64,000 bases of DNA from Ranitomeya imitator (Eukaryota), in NCBI RefSeq assembly GCF_032444005.1, contig NC_091288.1, positions 204,290,001 through 204,354,000 of the forward strand. The letters run 5' to 3'. Below the pieces are notes generated by a model. It was not told the origin of the DNA. It searched no databases and saw only the letters and a program-made list of their open reading frames with translations. Below, one piece after another: positions 40,701 to 52,700 of the stretch (positions are counted from its first letter, which is position 1; every line of letters begins with the position of its first letter). Both the position numbers and the translations under genes were made by a program.

Positions 40701-43700
40701 AAAGCAGAGCGGTGACGTCACCGCTCTGCTTTCCGGCTGCCCGGCGCTCACAGCCAGAGCAGAGAAGCACAGCGCCGGGGACAGACAGCGGTAGGTAAGT
40801 ATGTAGTGGTTGTTTTTTTTAGTTTTACGCTTGTAACCAGGGTAAACATCGGGTTACTAAGCGCGGCCCTGCGCTTAGTAACCCGATGTTTACCCTGGTT
40901 ACCAGCGAAGACATCGCTGAATCGGCGTCACACACGCCGATTCAGCGATGTCAGCGGGAGAGCCAGCGACGAAACAAAGTTCTGGACTTTCTGCAGCGAC
41001 CAACGACAGCACAGCAGGGGCCTGATCGCTGCTGCCTGTCACACTGGACGATATCGCTAGCGAGGACGCTGCAACGTCACGGATCGCTAGCGATATCGTC
41101 TAGTGTGACAGTACCTTAACCCTCACTGCAAAGATCAATGAGCTTTCGGTGATCATGATATTGTGGTCAGTTTTACTGGTCATCCTCCTTTGGACCACTT
41201 TTAGTAGGTACTAAGACTTGCCATATACCGAGAATACCCTCCAGGACCAGCCGTATACCGGGAACACCCACAGGACCTGCCGTATGCCAGGAACACCCCA
41301 CAAGACCTGCCGTATACCGGGAACACCCCACAAGACCCTCCGTATACCGGGAAGACCCCACAAGACCTTCCGTATACCGGAAACACCCCACAGGACCTGC
41401 CGTATACCGGGAACACCCCACAAGACCTGCTGTATACCGGGAACACCCCACAAGACCTGCCGAATACCGGGAACATCCCACAAGACCTGCCGTATACCGG
41501 GAACACCCCACAAGACCCACCGTATACCGGGAAGACCCCACAAGACCTGCCGTATACCGGGAACACCCTCCAGGACCCGCTGTATACTGGGAACCCCCAC
41601 AAGACCTGTCCTATACTGGGGACACCCTACAAGACCCACCATATACTGGGGACACCCCACAAGATCCACCGTATACCGGGAAGACCCCACAAGACCTGCC
41701 GTATACCGGGAACACCCCACAGGACCTGCCGTATACCGGGAACACCCCACAAGACCTGCCGTATACCGGGAACACCCCACAAGACCTGCCGTATACCGGG
41801 AACACCCCACAAGACCCGCCGTATACCGGGAACACCCCACAAGACCCGCCGTATACCGGGAACACCCCACAAGACCTGCCGTATACCGGGAACACCCCAC
41901 AAGACCTGCCGTATACCGGGAACACCCCACAAGACCTGCCGTATACCGGGAACACCCCACAAGACCTGCCGTATACCGGGAACACCCCACAAGACCTGCC
42001 GTATACCGGGAACACCTGCCGTATACCGGGAACACCCTCCAGGACCCGCTGTATACTGGGGACATCCTACAAGACCTGTCATATACTGGGAACCTCCACA
42101 AGACCTGTCCTATACTGGGGACACCCTACAAGACCCACCATATACTGGGGACACCCTCCAGGACCTGCTGTATACTGGGGACACCCTCCAGGACCCGCTG
42201 TATACACCCCACGAGATCTGCCATTTTGAAGGTAGCTCAGACGCTTACCCATCACAATTTGGCCCTGGTCTCAGTCACTCACATCCTTAAGGGATGTGAC
42301 AGCTCTCCAGCGACCAAACAGCGACGCTGCAGCGATCGACATCGTTGTCGGTATCGCTGCAGCGTCGCTGAGTGTGAAGGTACCTTTACACTTTTCTGTT
42401 TTTCCACCTTCCAGCACATCACGGAGACCTGACCAGTCACTTGGTGATAGGTGATAATCTCTCCCCCTGATCGGCGCCGTTGTCACCAGATTATCTTGTC
42501 ATTCATTGCGGCTGTCAGTGGCGATGGCCGCTNNNNNNNNNNNNNNNNNNNNNNNNNNNNNNNNNNNNNNNNNNNNNNNNNNNNNNNNNNNNNNNNNNNN
42601 NNNNNNNNNNNNNNNNNNNNNNNNNNNNNNNNNNNNNNNNNNNNNNNNNNNNNNNNNNNNNNNNNNNNNNNNNNNNNNNNNNNNNNNNNNNNNNNNTTTA
42701 GTCAGTCAGCAATAGTGCAAGTTCCACCACTTAAAAAGACGAGAGGCGTCTGTAATTTACATCATAGGTAGACCTCAACTATGGGAGACAAACTGAGAAA
42801 AAAAAATCCAGAGAATCACATTGTCTGTTTTTTTAACATTTTATTTGCATATTATGGTGGAAAATAAGTATTTGGTCAGAAACAAAATTTCATCTCAATA
42901 CTTTGTAATATATCCTTTGTTGGCAATGACAGAGGTCAAACGTTTTCTGTAAGTCTTCACAAGGTTGACACACACTGTTGTGGGTATGTTGGCCCATTCC
43001 TCCATGCAGATCTCCTCTAGAGCAGTGATGTTTTTGGCTTTTCGCTTGGCAACACGGACTTTCAACTCCCTCCAAAGGTTTTCTATAGGGTTGAGATCTG
43101 GAGACTGGCTAGGCCACTCCAGGACCTTGAAATGCTTCTTACGAAGCCACTCCTTCGTTGCCCTGGCGGTGTGCTTTGGATCATTGTCATGTTGAAAGAC
43201 CCAGCCACATTTCATCTTCAATGCCCTTGCTGATGGAAGGAGGTTTGCACTCAAAATCTCACGATACATGGCCCCATTCATTCTTTCATGTACCCGGATC
43301 AGTCGTCCTGGCCCCTTTGCAGAGAAACAGCCCCAAAGCATGATGTTTCCACCACCATGCTTTACAGTAGGTATGGTGTTTGATGGATGCAACTCAGTAT
43401 TCTTTTTCCTCCAAACACGACAAGTTGTGTTTCTACCAAACAGTTCCAGTTTGGTTTCATCAGACCATAGGACATTCTCCCAAAACTCCTCTGGATCATC
43501 CAAATGCTCTCTAGCAAACTTCAGACGGGCCCGGACATGTACTGGCTTAAGCAGTGGGACACGTCTGGCACTGCAGGATCTGAGTCCATGGTGGCGTAGT
43601 GTGTTACTTATGGTAGGCCTTGTTACATTGGTCCCAGCTCTCTGCAGTTCATTCACTAGGTCCCCCCGCGTGGTTCTGGGATTTTTGCTCACCGTTCTTG

Positions 43701-46700
43701 TGATCATTCTGACCCCACGGGGTGGGATTTTGCGTGGAGCCCCAGATCGAGGGAGATTATCAGTGGTCTTGTATGTCTTCCATTTTCTAATTATTGCTCC
43801 CACTGTTGATTTCTTCACTCCAAGCTGGTTGGCTATTGCAGATTCAGTCTTCCCAGCCTGGTGCAGGGCTACAATTTTGTTTCTGGTGTAGTTTGACAGC
43901 TCTTTGGTCTTCACCATAGTGGAGTTTGGAGTCAGACTGTTTGAGGGTGTGCACAGGTGTCTTTTTATACTGATAACAAGTTTAAACAGGTGCCATTACT
44001 ACAGGTAATGAGTGGAGGAAAGAGGAGACTCTTAAAGAAGAAGTTACAGGTCTGTGAGAGCCAGAAATCTTGATTGTTTGTTTCTGACCAAATACTTATT
44101 TTCCACCATAATATGCAAATAAAATGATAAAAAAACAGACAATGTGATTTTCTGGATTTTTTTTTCTCAGTTTGTCTCCCATAGTTGAGGTCTACCTATG
44201 ATGTAAATTACAGACGCCTCTCATCTTTTTAAGTGGTGGAACTTGCACTATTGCTGACTGACTAAANNNNNNNNNNNNNNNNNNNNNNNNNNNNNNNNNN
44301 NNNNNNNNNNNNNNNNNNNNNNNNNNNNNNNNNNNNNNNNNNNNNNNNNNNNNNNNNNNNNNNNNNNNNNNNNNNNNNNNNNNNNNNNNNNNNNNNNNNN
44401 NNGGACGTTCGCCCTTTTCTTTCCAGACGTCGTTCCTTTTTCCTACGCCAGACGAGATGGCGAGATCCGCCCAGTCCTGGTCCTGGCACTTCGTGGCTTC
44501 CATGCATTGAAGATTTGGGACGACCTATCAGGCCCCTGTGACCCGCAGCTCGCCCGTCAGACAGACCCGGACTCACTGAGCGCTCTCTACGGTCTCACAA
44601 AGGAATCTCCCCTCCTGCATTATTCCCGCACGTCCGGCAATGTGATGCGAGACCTCTGCCTTTGGTTCGGGGGCAGAATACCCGGTAATGGTGTCCTCAA
44701 TACTAGACCTTCGTACTGGTCAGGAAGGAGCGTCCCGCCCAGGTAGTGAGGCTTCGTTTTATCTTATTATGTTCTTTATTATTATTATTATTTTATTTTT
44801 ATTTTTATTTTTTTAGCTCTCGGAGCCCGACCGAAATGCAATGCCGCCCTCCTGCTCTGCTGACAGCGACTACGAGGGGTAAGTCAGACAGTGCCCGGTA
44901 TGGATGTACTACTATGATGCCCATTCTTATAGCGGGGGTCTCTGGAGCCTTTGTCTGCGTCTGACTGTGTATGATGGGAGTTGTAGTTTTGTAACCACTG
45001 GAATGGGAGTGATAAAGCGCGGGTATAACCTGAGACTGTCATGTTGGCCCCTACAGGTGATGTTTTTCTGGTGGTCTCTCCTGCGGTGCCTCCGTCCGCC
45101 TATGGGGATTTGATTGACACCTGCCACCAGCGAGGATTTGCCGTTCATGGTATCCGACGCCTTCGTCTCGCTGCTAAACGAGGAGCCATGCTGAACATGT
45201 CTGCTGCCCAGGTAGGATGTAACATACATAGTAACATAGTAACATAGTTAGTAAGGCCGAAAAAAGACATTTGTCCATCCAGTTCAGCCTATATTCCATC
45301 ATAATAAATCCCCAGATCTACGTCCTTCTACAGAACCTAATAATTGTATGATACAATATTGTTCTGCTCCAGGAAGACATCCAGGCCTCTCTTGAACCCC
45401 TCGACTGAGTTCGCCATCACCACCTCCTCAGGCAAGCAATTCCAGATTCTCACTGCCCTAACAGTAAAGAATCCTCTTCTGTGTTGGTGGAAAAACCTTC
45501 TCTCCTCCAGACGCAAAGAATGCCCCCTTGTGCCCGTCACCTTCCTTGGTATAAACAGATCCTCAGCGAGATATTTGTATTGTCCCCTTATATACTTATA
45601 CATGGTTATTAGATCGCCCCTCAGTCGTCTTTTTTCTAGACTAAATAATCCTAATTTCGCTAATCTATCTGGGTATTGTAGTTCTCCTATCCCCTTTATT
45701 AATTTTGTTGCCCTCCTTTGTACTCTCTCTAGTTCCATTATATCCTTCCTGAGCACCGGTGCCCAAAACTGGACACAGTACTCCATGTGCGGTCTAACTA
45801 GGGATTTGTACAGAGGCAGTATAATGCTCTCATCATGTGTATCCAGACCTCTTTTAATGCACCCCATGATCCTGTTTGCCTTGGCAGCTGCTGCCTGGCA
45901 CTGGCTGCTCCAGGTAAGTTTATCATTAACTAGGATCCCCAAGTCCTTCTCCCTGTCAGATTTACCCAGTGGTTTCCCGTTCAGTGTGTAATGGTGATAT
46001 TGATTCCCTCTTCCCATGTGTATAACCTTACATTTATCATTGTTAAACCTCATCTGCCACCTTTCAGCCCAAGTTTCCAACTTATCCAGATCCATCTGTA
46101 GCAGAATACTATCTTCTCTTGTATTAACTGCTTTACATAGTTTTGTATCATCTGCAAATATCGATATTTTACTGTGTAAACCTTCTACCAGATCATTAAT
46201 GAATATGTTGAAGAGAACAGGTCCCAATACTGACCCCTGCGGTACCCCACTGGTCACAGCGACCCAGTTAGAGACTATACCATTTATAACCACCCTCTGC
46301 TTTCTATCACTAAGCCAGTTACTAACCCATTTACACACATTTTCCCCCAGACCAAGCATTCTCATTTTGTGTACCAACCTCTTGTGCGGCACGGTATCAA
46401 ACGCTTTGGAAAAATCGAGATATACCACGTCCAATGACTCACCGTGGTCCAGCCTATAGCTTACCTCTTCATAAAAACTGATTAGATTGGTTTGACAGGA
46501 GCGATTTCTCATAAACCCATGCTGATATGGAGTTAAACAGTTATTCTCATTGAGATAATCCAGAATAACATCCCTCAGAAACCCTTCAAATATTTTACCA
46601 ACAATAGAGGTTAGACTTACTGGCCAATAATTTCCAGGTTCACTTTTAGAGCCCTTTTTGAATATTGGCACCACATTTGCTATGCGCCAATCCTGCGGAA

Positions 46701-49700
46701 CAGACCCTGTCGCTATAGAGTCACTAAAAATGTGTAGCGTCCCCTTGGTCTGGACGCTCATTTAGCCGACAGTGGTCCCTGATGACCCCATATATACATG
46801 CACGATCGACTGGGCTGAGGGTGCCTGTGTTCGATAGGAGGTAATAAGCTAGTGACAGACACCAACCGCTGCTTATCTTCCATGGGGCATTTTGATGGCC
46901 TCCTTGCCTGAAAGTCCTCACCCCTGGTCTCTACTATGTATACAACGCACATAACCACCCTTAAAGGGATTGTCCAGTGGAGACAAGCATGTCCCTTTTG
47001 AAGGGATAGTCCACAGGATAGGTGATAACTTATTGACCCGTACAATTGACTGTAAGGGGAACCTTTATCCCCAGCAGGGCCCTTTCTTCCCGTTCCAAAA
47101 AAATGGATCATATCTCCATTCATTCTCTATGGGGCCAAGCTCCGTGCTGGGCAGCACCATAGAGCATGAACGGGTACTGGTGGCATATGTGCACCGCTGC
47201 GTGTAGGAGATAAAGCGGCCCTGTTCTGCGGATCGGTGCAGGCCCCGGCGGTCGCACATGGCAGCGCTTATCACAGCTTCCCTATACTTGTCATCTCTTT
47301 ATTGCAGGTGGGTTTCTTCTGCCCCAATAAACCATCGTCCGCCCCAGAGGTGAAGCCGAGCGCTCCGGCTCCGCATCTCCACTGCTTACTGCTGCTCCTG
47401 AGGAAGGAGAACGCCGCTCATCACACCGCCGCTCTGCTCCAAGGTGACGTCCCTATAGGTGGGCTAATCCAATATGCCCCATCCTTCTTTCCCCCGGTCA
47501 CACCGAGATCGTCAGGTTTGGCCGACATTAATCCAGTGTGAATGGCGACCTGTTTGCAGCAGCTATTTTTGCAAAAGTGACCGCAGGCCTTGCAGTCATA
47601 TATGGAGTAAAGCTGTATTCCCATCTCCACGACCCTATCCCAATATGTAGTAGATGTAATAATACTCATATTAGCAAATACCTCCAATTACAAATGCAGT
47701 CTAGTTTTTTTGATTAGCTTTGTCTCTTACCCCATGTGCAGGCATTGCAGTAGCTTAGGTATCCATGACTACAACCACTCCTATAGTGACAGTTAGTTGT
47801 TAGTGGTTATAACCATGGATACCTAAGCTACTGCAGCGCCCTGCACATGAGGGAAGCGACATAGCGAACCAGAAGAACTATATCACATTTCTAATTGGAG
47901 GTATTTGCTAATATTATTATTATTACACCTACTACATATTGGGATAGGATCTTGGAAATGGGATAAATGTTATTTTTTGGATAACTCTTTAAAGAATTGA
48001 CCAAAGGGAGTGCGACTACGGGGATTGTTTGTAGTCTGTTACCATGGAGATACATAATTCTACATGGGAGCTGTATACACAGAAGGATAGGTTTGGCTTT
48101 GGCTGCTTTTCGAGGTATTTCTATAAGAAAGCGGCCTATGGCAGACGTTGATTGATCACATAACGCCCCCTTTGTCTCCCAGGACTAATGAACAATCTGG
48201 CTGAGCAGGGTCTTCTGGGTGTCATCCGGACGAGTGAACTTCTGGTGGATCCCACCTTGTGCTTCCATGCGCTGCCTTTTACTGACAGTCTGCTACAAAG
48301 CCTGGGTAAGACGTGGTCAGGACACCGTGGACGGCCACAGTGTGGAGAGATGGGGAGGGAGAGGGGGGAGATGCAGCTGCAGATTCCTTCTTTCTTTGCA
48401 CCTGTGAATCTACATAAGGAAAGGAGACATCTGATCATCTCTGCGGGTGCAGGAAACTCCACCAAAGGAAGGGCAAATATAAATCCGGGGAAAGTGATCC
48501 TTGTAGCGCAGGTGGGACCCATTTCTGGTTACATATGAATGGGCCGGTCACTGCCTTCCTCAAGGTCAGCACACTCTGCTCCCGCTGCTTTCATCATTCT
48601 CACCATAGGCACAACCTGCATGTGTGTACACCTCCGTTTGTTTTGTGATTTTCGGCAGGCGGCACCTTGCACACTGTACCAGACTCCAGCACCGTATGGC
48701 ACATGCAGTCCCGGCGACCTTGTAGTTTTGACCCCGAAGTGGAACAAGTGGTGGTCCTGACTATTAGCGGCAGGCAGGCCCTGCAGAAAGCCGGGCGCGT
48801 CCTCCGTCAGATCCTTAGACCAAAGCCTAAAATGCAAGAGTCAGCGCCAGGTAAGAATAAGTATCTACCGCAGCTCATGGGACATACCGTACATCCATAC
48901 GTATCCACACAGATTTCTTGCTTGTGTTGTCCTCCTAGTCCTTACAGGGTACAATGGTATTACATCTCTTTCTGCCATCTTGTAGGTTTCCTTATCCATA
49001 GAATAATCAATAGTCTGAGGGGTGATCATGTCATCGTCTTATCATGTTGTGTGCTATTCACAATCACGCCACTAGGTGGCAGCAGAGACATTGTAATAAA
49101 TAGGTTTATTCTCTTCTGTATCTGCTGATGGCAAATTCCGTAAATCCACCAGGGAGTGAATCACATTGAGTCCTCCAAGTGGCAGGAAGGCAGATAATTG
49201 TATATCAAATAAGAATAATTATTGTATTCTTTGCCATAGCTTAAAGGGATATGGTACATATTGCAAGGATATGCCATCACTATATGATCGGTGGGCGTCC
49301 GATCTCCAGGACCCCCCTACCGACACTGAGAATGAAAGGACTACAGCACCGATTTAGTACTGTGTACAATTCACTGCACAGCAGCTTTTTTTTATCACTT
49401 GATTTGCCAGAAATTGCAGCCGGCCTCATTCACTTGAATGGGGCTGCAGGTTAATTCCCTGCGCAGCGGGCGGCCAGGTTGTCACCGTGCAAGATGAAGG
49501 GGCGACAGCATCACACCAGCATTGCATCCCCCTCCTTTTCAAAATCAGTGGGGGTCCAGGAGTCAGATCTCCACCGATTTAGAAGGTGGTGATGCATCCT
49601 ATCATTACGGGAAAACCCTTTAAACATGGCTACCGACAGGACTTTTATGACTGGCTGTGAATCATGGTATGATATATGACCGTACAGGTACGGATGTATA

Positions 49701-52700
49701 GGGACTTGTCCCACGATAAAAACGATACCTTTTTTGTAAAAATCCGATGTGCTAGTCTTGAGAAATCAAGTGTAGAAGCCATATGCAAATCAGACAGAAA
49801 GAGCACTGGGGGCGTGTCAGGAAGCAGTGATGACACGCCTCCAGTGCACTTCCTGTTGAATTTGCATATGGCTTCTACACTAGATTTCTCATGACTGGCA
49901 CGTCGGATTTTTACAAAAAAGGTATCGTTTTTATCGTGGGACAAGTCCCTATACAGCCGCGTCACAATTCCCATATGTAGAAACGTGCTGACTGGTTCTC
50001 TTTAAGTCATAACAATTTTTAGAAGCGAATAGCAGATATCCCATCTCATGCTAGATCTTCAGGCAGTCAGAGAAGTAAGTACCCCCTTCCCCCCACTCTA
50101 TCCCACAAGGCCATGGCACCCATGGTATAGTGAATGTGGATCACATCTGCCCGACTTTCTGCAACTTTCACGTTACGATCGATCGCAGAAACTTGTGGTT
50201 TGCAATGCAAGTAATGCCGCATTACGTGCTGTACCTCCAGCCTAAGAGCAATGAATCTTCCGGAAAACGGATGAAAATTAAAATCTGAATACACAATGTG
50301 TAGATGAGCCCGTCCCCCGGCGCTATCAGATCCTGCCCAGTCGTCATAAATACAGTTCTAACCTCGGCCATCGCTTCCAAACAGCCAAAAAAAATGTTCT
50401 TCCCATCACAGATGTCCTTGCCAGACGGCGACAAGTCATTTATCATCTCCGCCGCTCTCCAGTATTAATGTAATCTGCAGAGCGACGGTCCGGTGTCTGC
50501 AGCACATTCACTGACCCTGCGGACACCGTGCGTCTACGGGGAGCCAGGATCCTAATATATTGGATACAGTTCCAGTGCGTCATCTACTGAGTAAATTCCA
50601 TGAAAAGAGCATAAGTATGTAGCAGAGCTGAACGTGTCAGATGTAGCAGAGCTAAACACGTCAGATGTAGCAGAGCTGAACACGTCAGATGTAGCAGAGC
50701 TGAACACGTCAGATGTAGCAGAGCTGAACACGTCAGATGTAGCAGAGCTGAACGTGTCAGATGTAGCAGAGCTGAACGTGTCAGATGTAGCAGAGCTAAA
50801 CACGTCAGATGTAGCAGAGCTAAACACGTCAGATGTAGCAGAGCTAAACATGTCAGCTGTAGCAGTGCTGAACGTGTCAGATGTAGCAGTGCTGAACGTG
50901 TCAGATGTAGCAGAGCTGAACGTGTCAGATGTAGCAGAGCTAAACACGTCAGATGTAGCAGAGCTAAACACGTCAGATGTAGCAGAGCTAAACATGTCAG
51001 CTGTAGCAGTGCTGAACGTGTCAGATGTAGCAGTGCTGAACGTGTCAGATGTAGCAGAGCTGAACGTGTCAGATGTAACAGAGCTGAACGTGTCAGATGT
51101 AGCAGAGCTGAACGTGTCAGATGTAGCAGAGCTGAACATGTCAGATGTAGCAGAGCTGAACGTGTCAGATGTAGCAGAGCTGAACGTGTCAGATGTAGCA
51201 GTGCTGAACGTGTCAGATGTAGCAGAGCTGAACATGTAAGCTGTAGCGCTGAATGTGTCAGATGTAGCAGAGCTGAACATGTCAGATGTAGCAGGGCTGA
51301 ACATGTCAGATGTAACAGAGCTGAATGTGTCAGATGTAGCAGAGCTGAACGTGTCAGATGTAGCAGAGCTGAACATGTCAGATGTAGCAGTGCTGAACGT
51401 GTCAGATGTAGCAGAGCTGAACGTGTCAGATGTAGCAGAGCTGAACATGTAAGCTGTAGCAGAGCTGAACGTGTCAGATGTAGCAGGGCTGAACGTGTCA
51501 GATGTAGCAGGGCTGAACGTGTCAGATGTAGCAGGGCTGAACGTGTCAGATGTAACAGAGCTGAACGTGTCAGATGTAGCAGACCCGCCCCCGGAAGAAG
51601 CATCCTTGCGAAATGGCGCTCGTCGGGCGTCGGGAGAGCGCAGCCACACGCCTCTGTATGCCTGCCTGACCCCCCTGGCACTTGCCTTCATCTCCTCCAC
51701 GATATTGCACAGGTAAAAAAACATCCACCTTACAAACGCCATTTTTTCAGCCATTGATTCAGTTACCAAATAGGGATTTCCTCATCAGCCTTAGGAGTAG
51801 CTGTTTATTATTTAAGCCCTTTGGTTTCTGTATCTTGAGATATCCCTTACAATTACATTATCTCTGGCCTTTTTATCATATGTGTTATAATTGTGACAAT
51901 ATTCCTAGGTGGCAATGTATGCCTGTCTTATGTGTGCGGTCTATTAAGCCAGACTCTGGTAGCCACACTTTTGCTCTATAGACCACCTATATTTTGTGTT
52001 GGAGGGGGAATCTGTTCATGCGGCACATATACTACTTTATAAATATATCCATCTTTGCTGGCTTCTCTCTCCCTTTACCACTTGGAGGTCCCATTTTTGT
52101 GTCTTTATTATGTTATTTTTTGGTCCATTCCCCCCTCCCCCCCTCCATTGCCTTTTAACTATGTATTAATAAACAGTTATTTTAACTTTATCTATTGTTC
52201 ATCTCACTTCTTATCCTCTGCCTGGTGTACCCCTCAGAGGATTATGGTTGTATATACCTGCTGGAGTGACTTGTGAGCCACTAATAATTAGGACTATGAT
52301 AATGTATGTCAGATGTAGCAGAGCTGAACACGTCAGATGTAGCAGAGCTGAACACGTCAGATGTAGCAGAGCTGAACACGTCAGATGTAGCAGAGCTGAA
52401 CACGTCAGATGTAGCAGAGCTGAACACGTCAGATGTAGCAGAGCTGAACACGTCAGATGTAGCAGAGCTGAACACGTCAGATGTAGCAGAGCTGAACGTG
52501 TCAGATGTAGCAGTGCTGAACGTGTCAGATGTAGCAGAGCTGAACGTGTCAGATGTAGCAGAGCTGAACGTGTCAGATGTAGCAGAGCTGAACGTGTCAG
52601 ATGTAGCAGAGCTGAACGTGTCAGATGTAGCAGAGCTGAACGTGTCAGATGTAGCAGAGCTGAACGTGTCAGATGTAGCAGAGCTGAACGTGTCAGATGT

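Noticed and set aside
41173-42432. Long ORFs of 120-400 aa on both strands
   Set aside because: They are by-products of the 30-bp minisatellite.
43268-46459. Plus-strand ORFs 43268-43891, 45344-45991 and 46016-46459 (and 23500-25278 over L1)
   Set aside because: They are antisense shadows of the Tc1, CR1 and L1 coding sequences.
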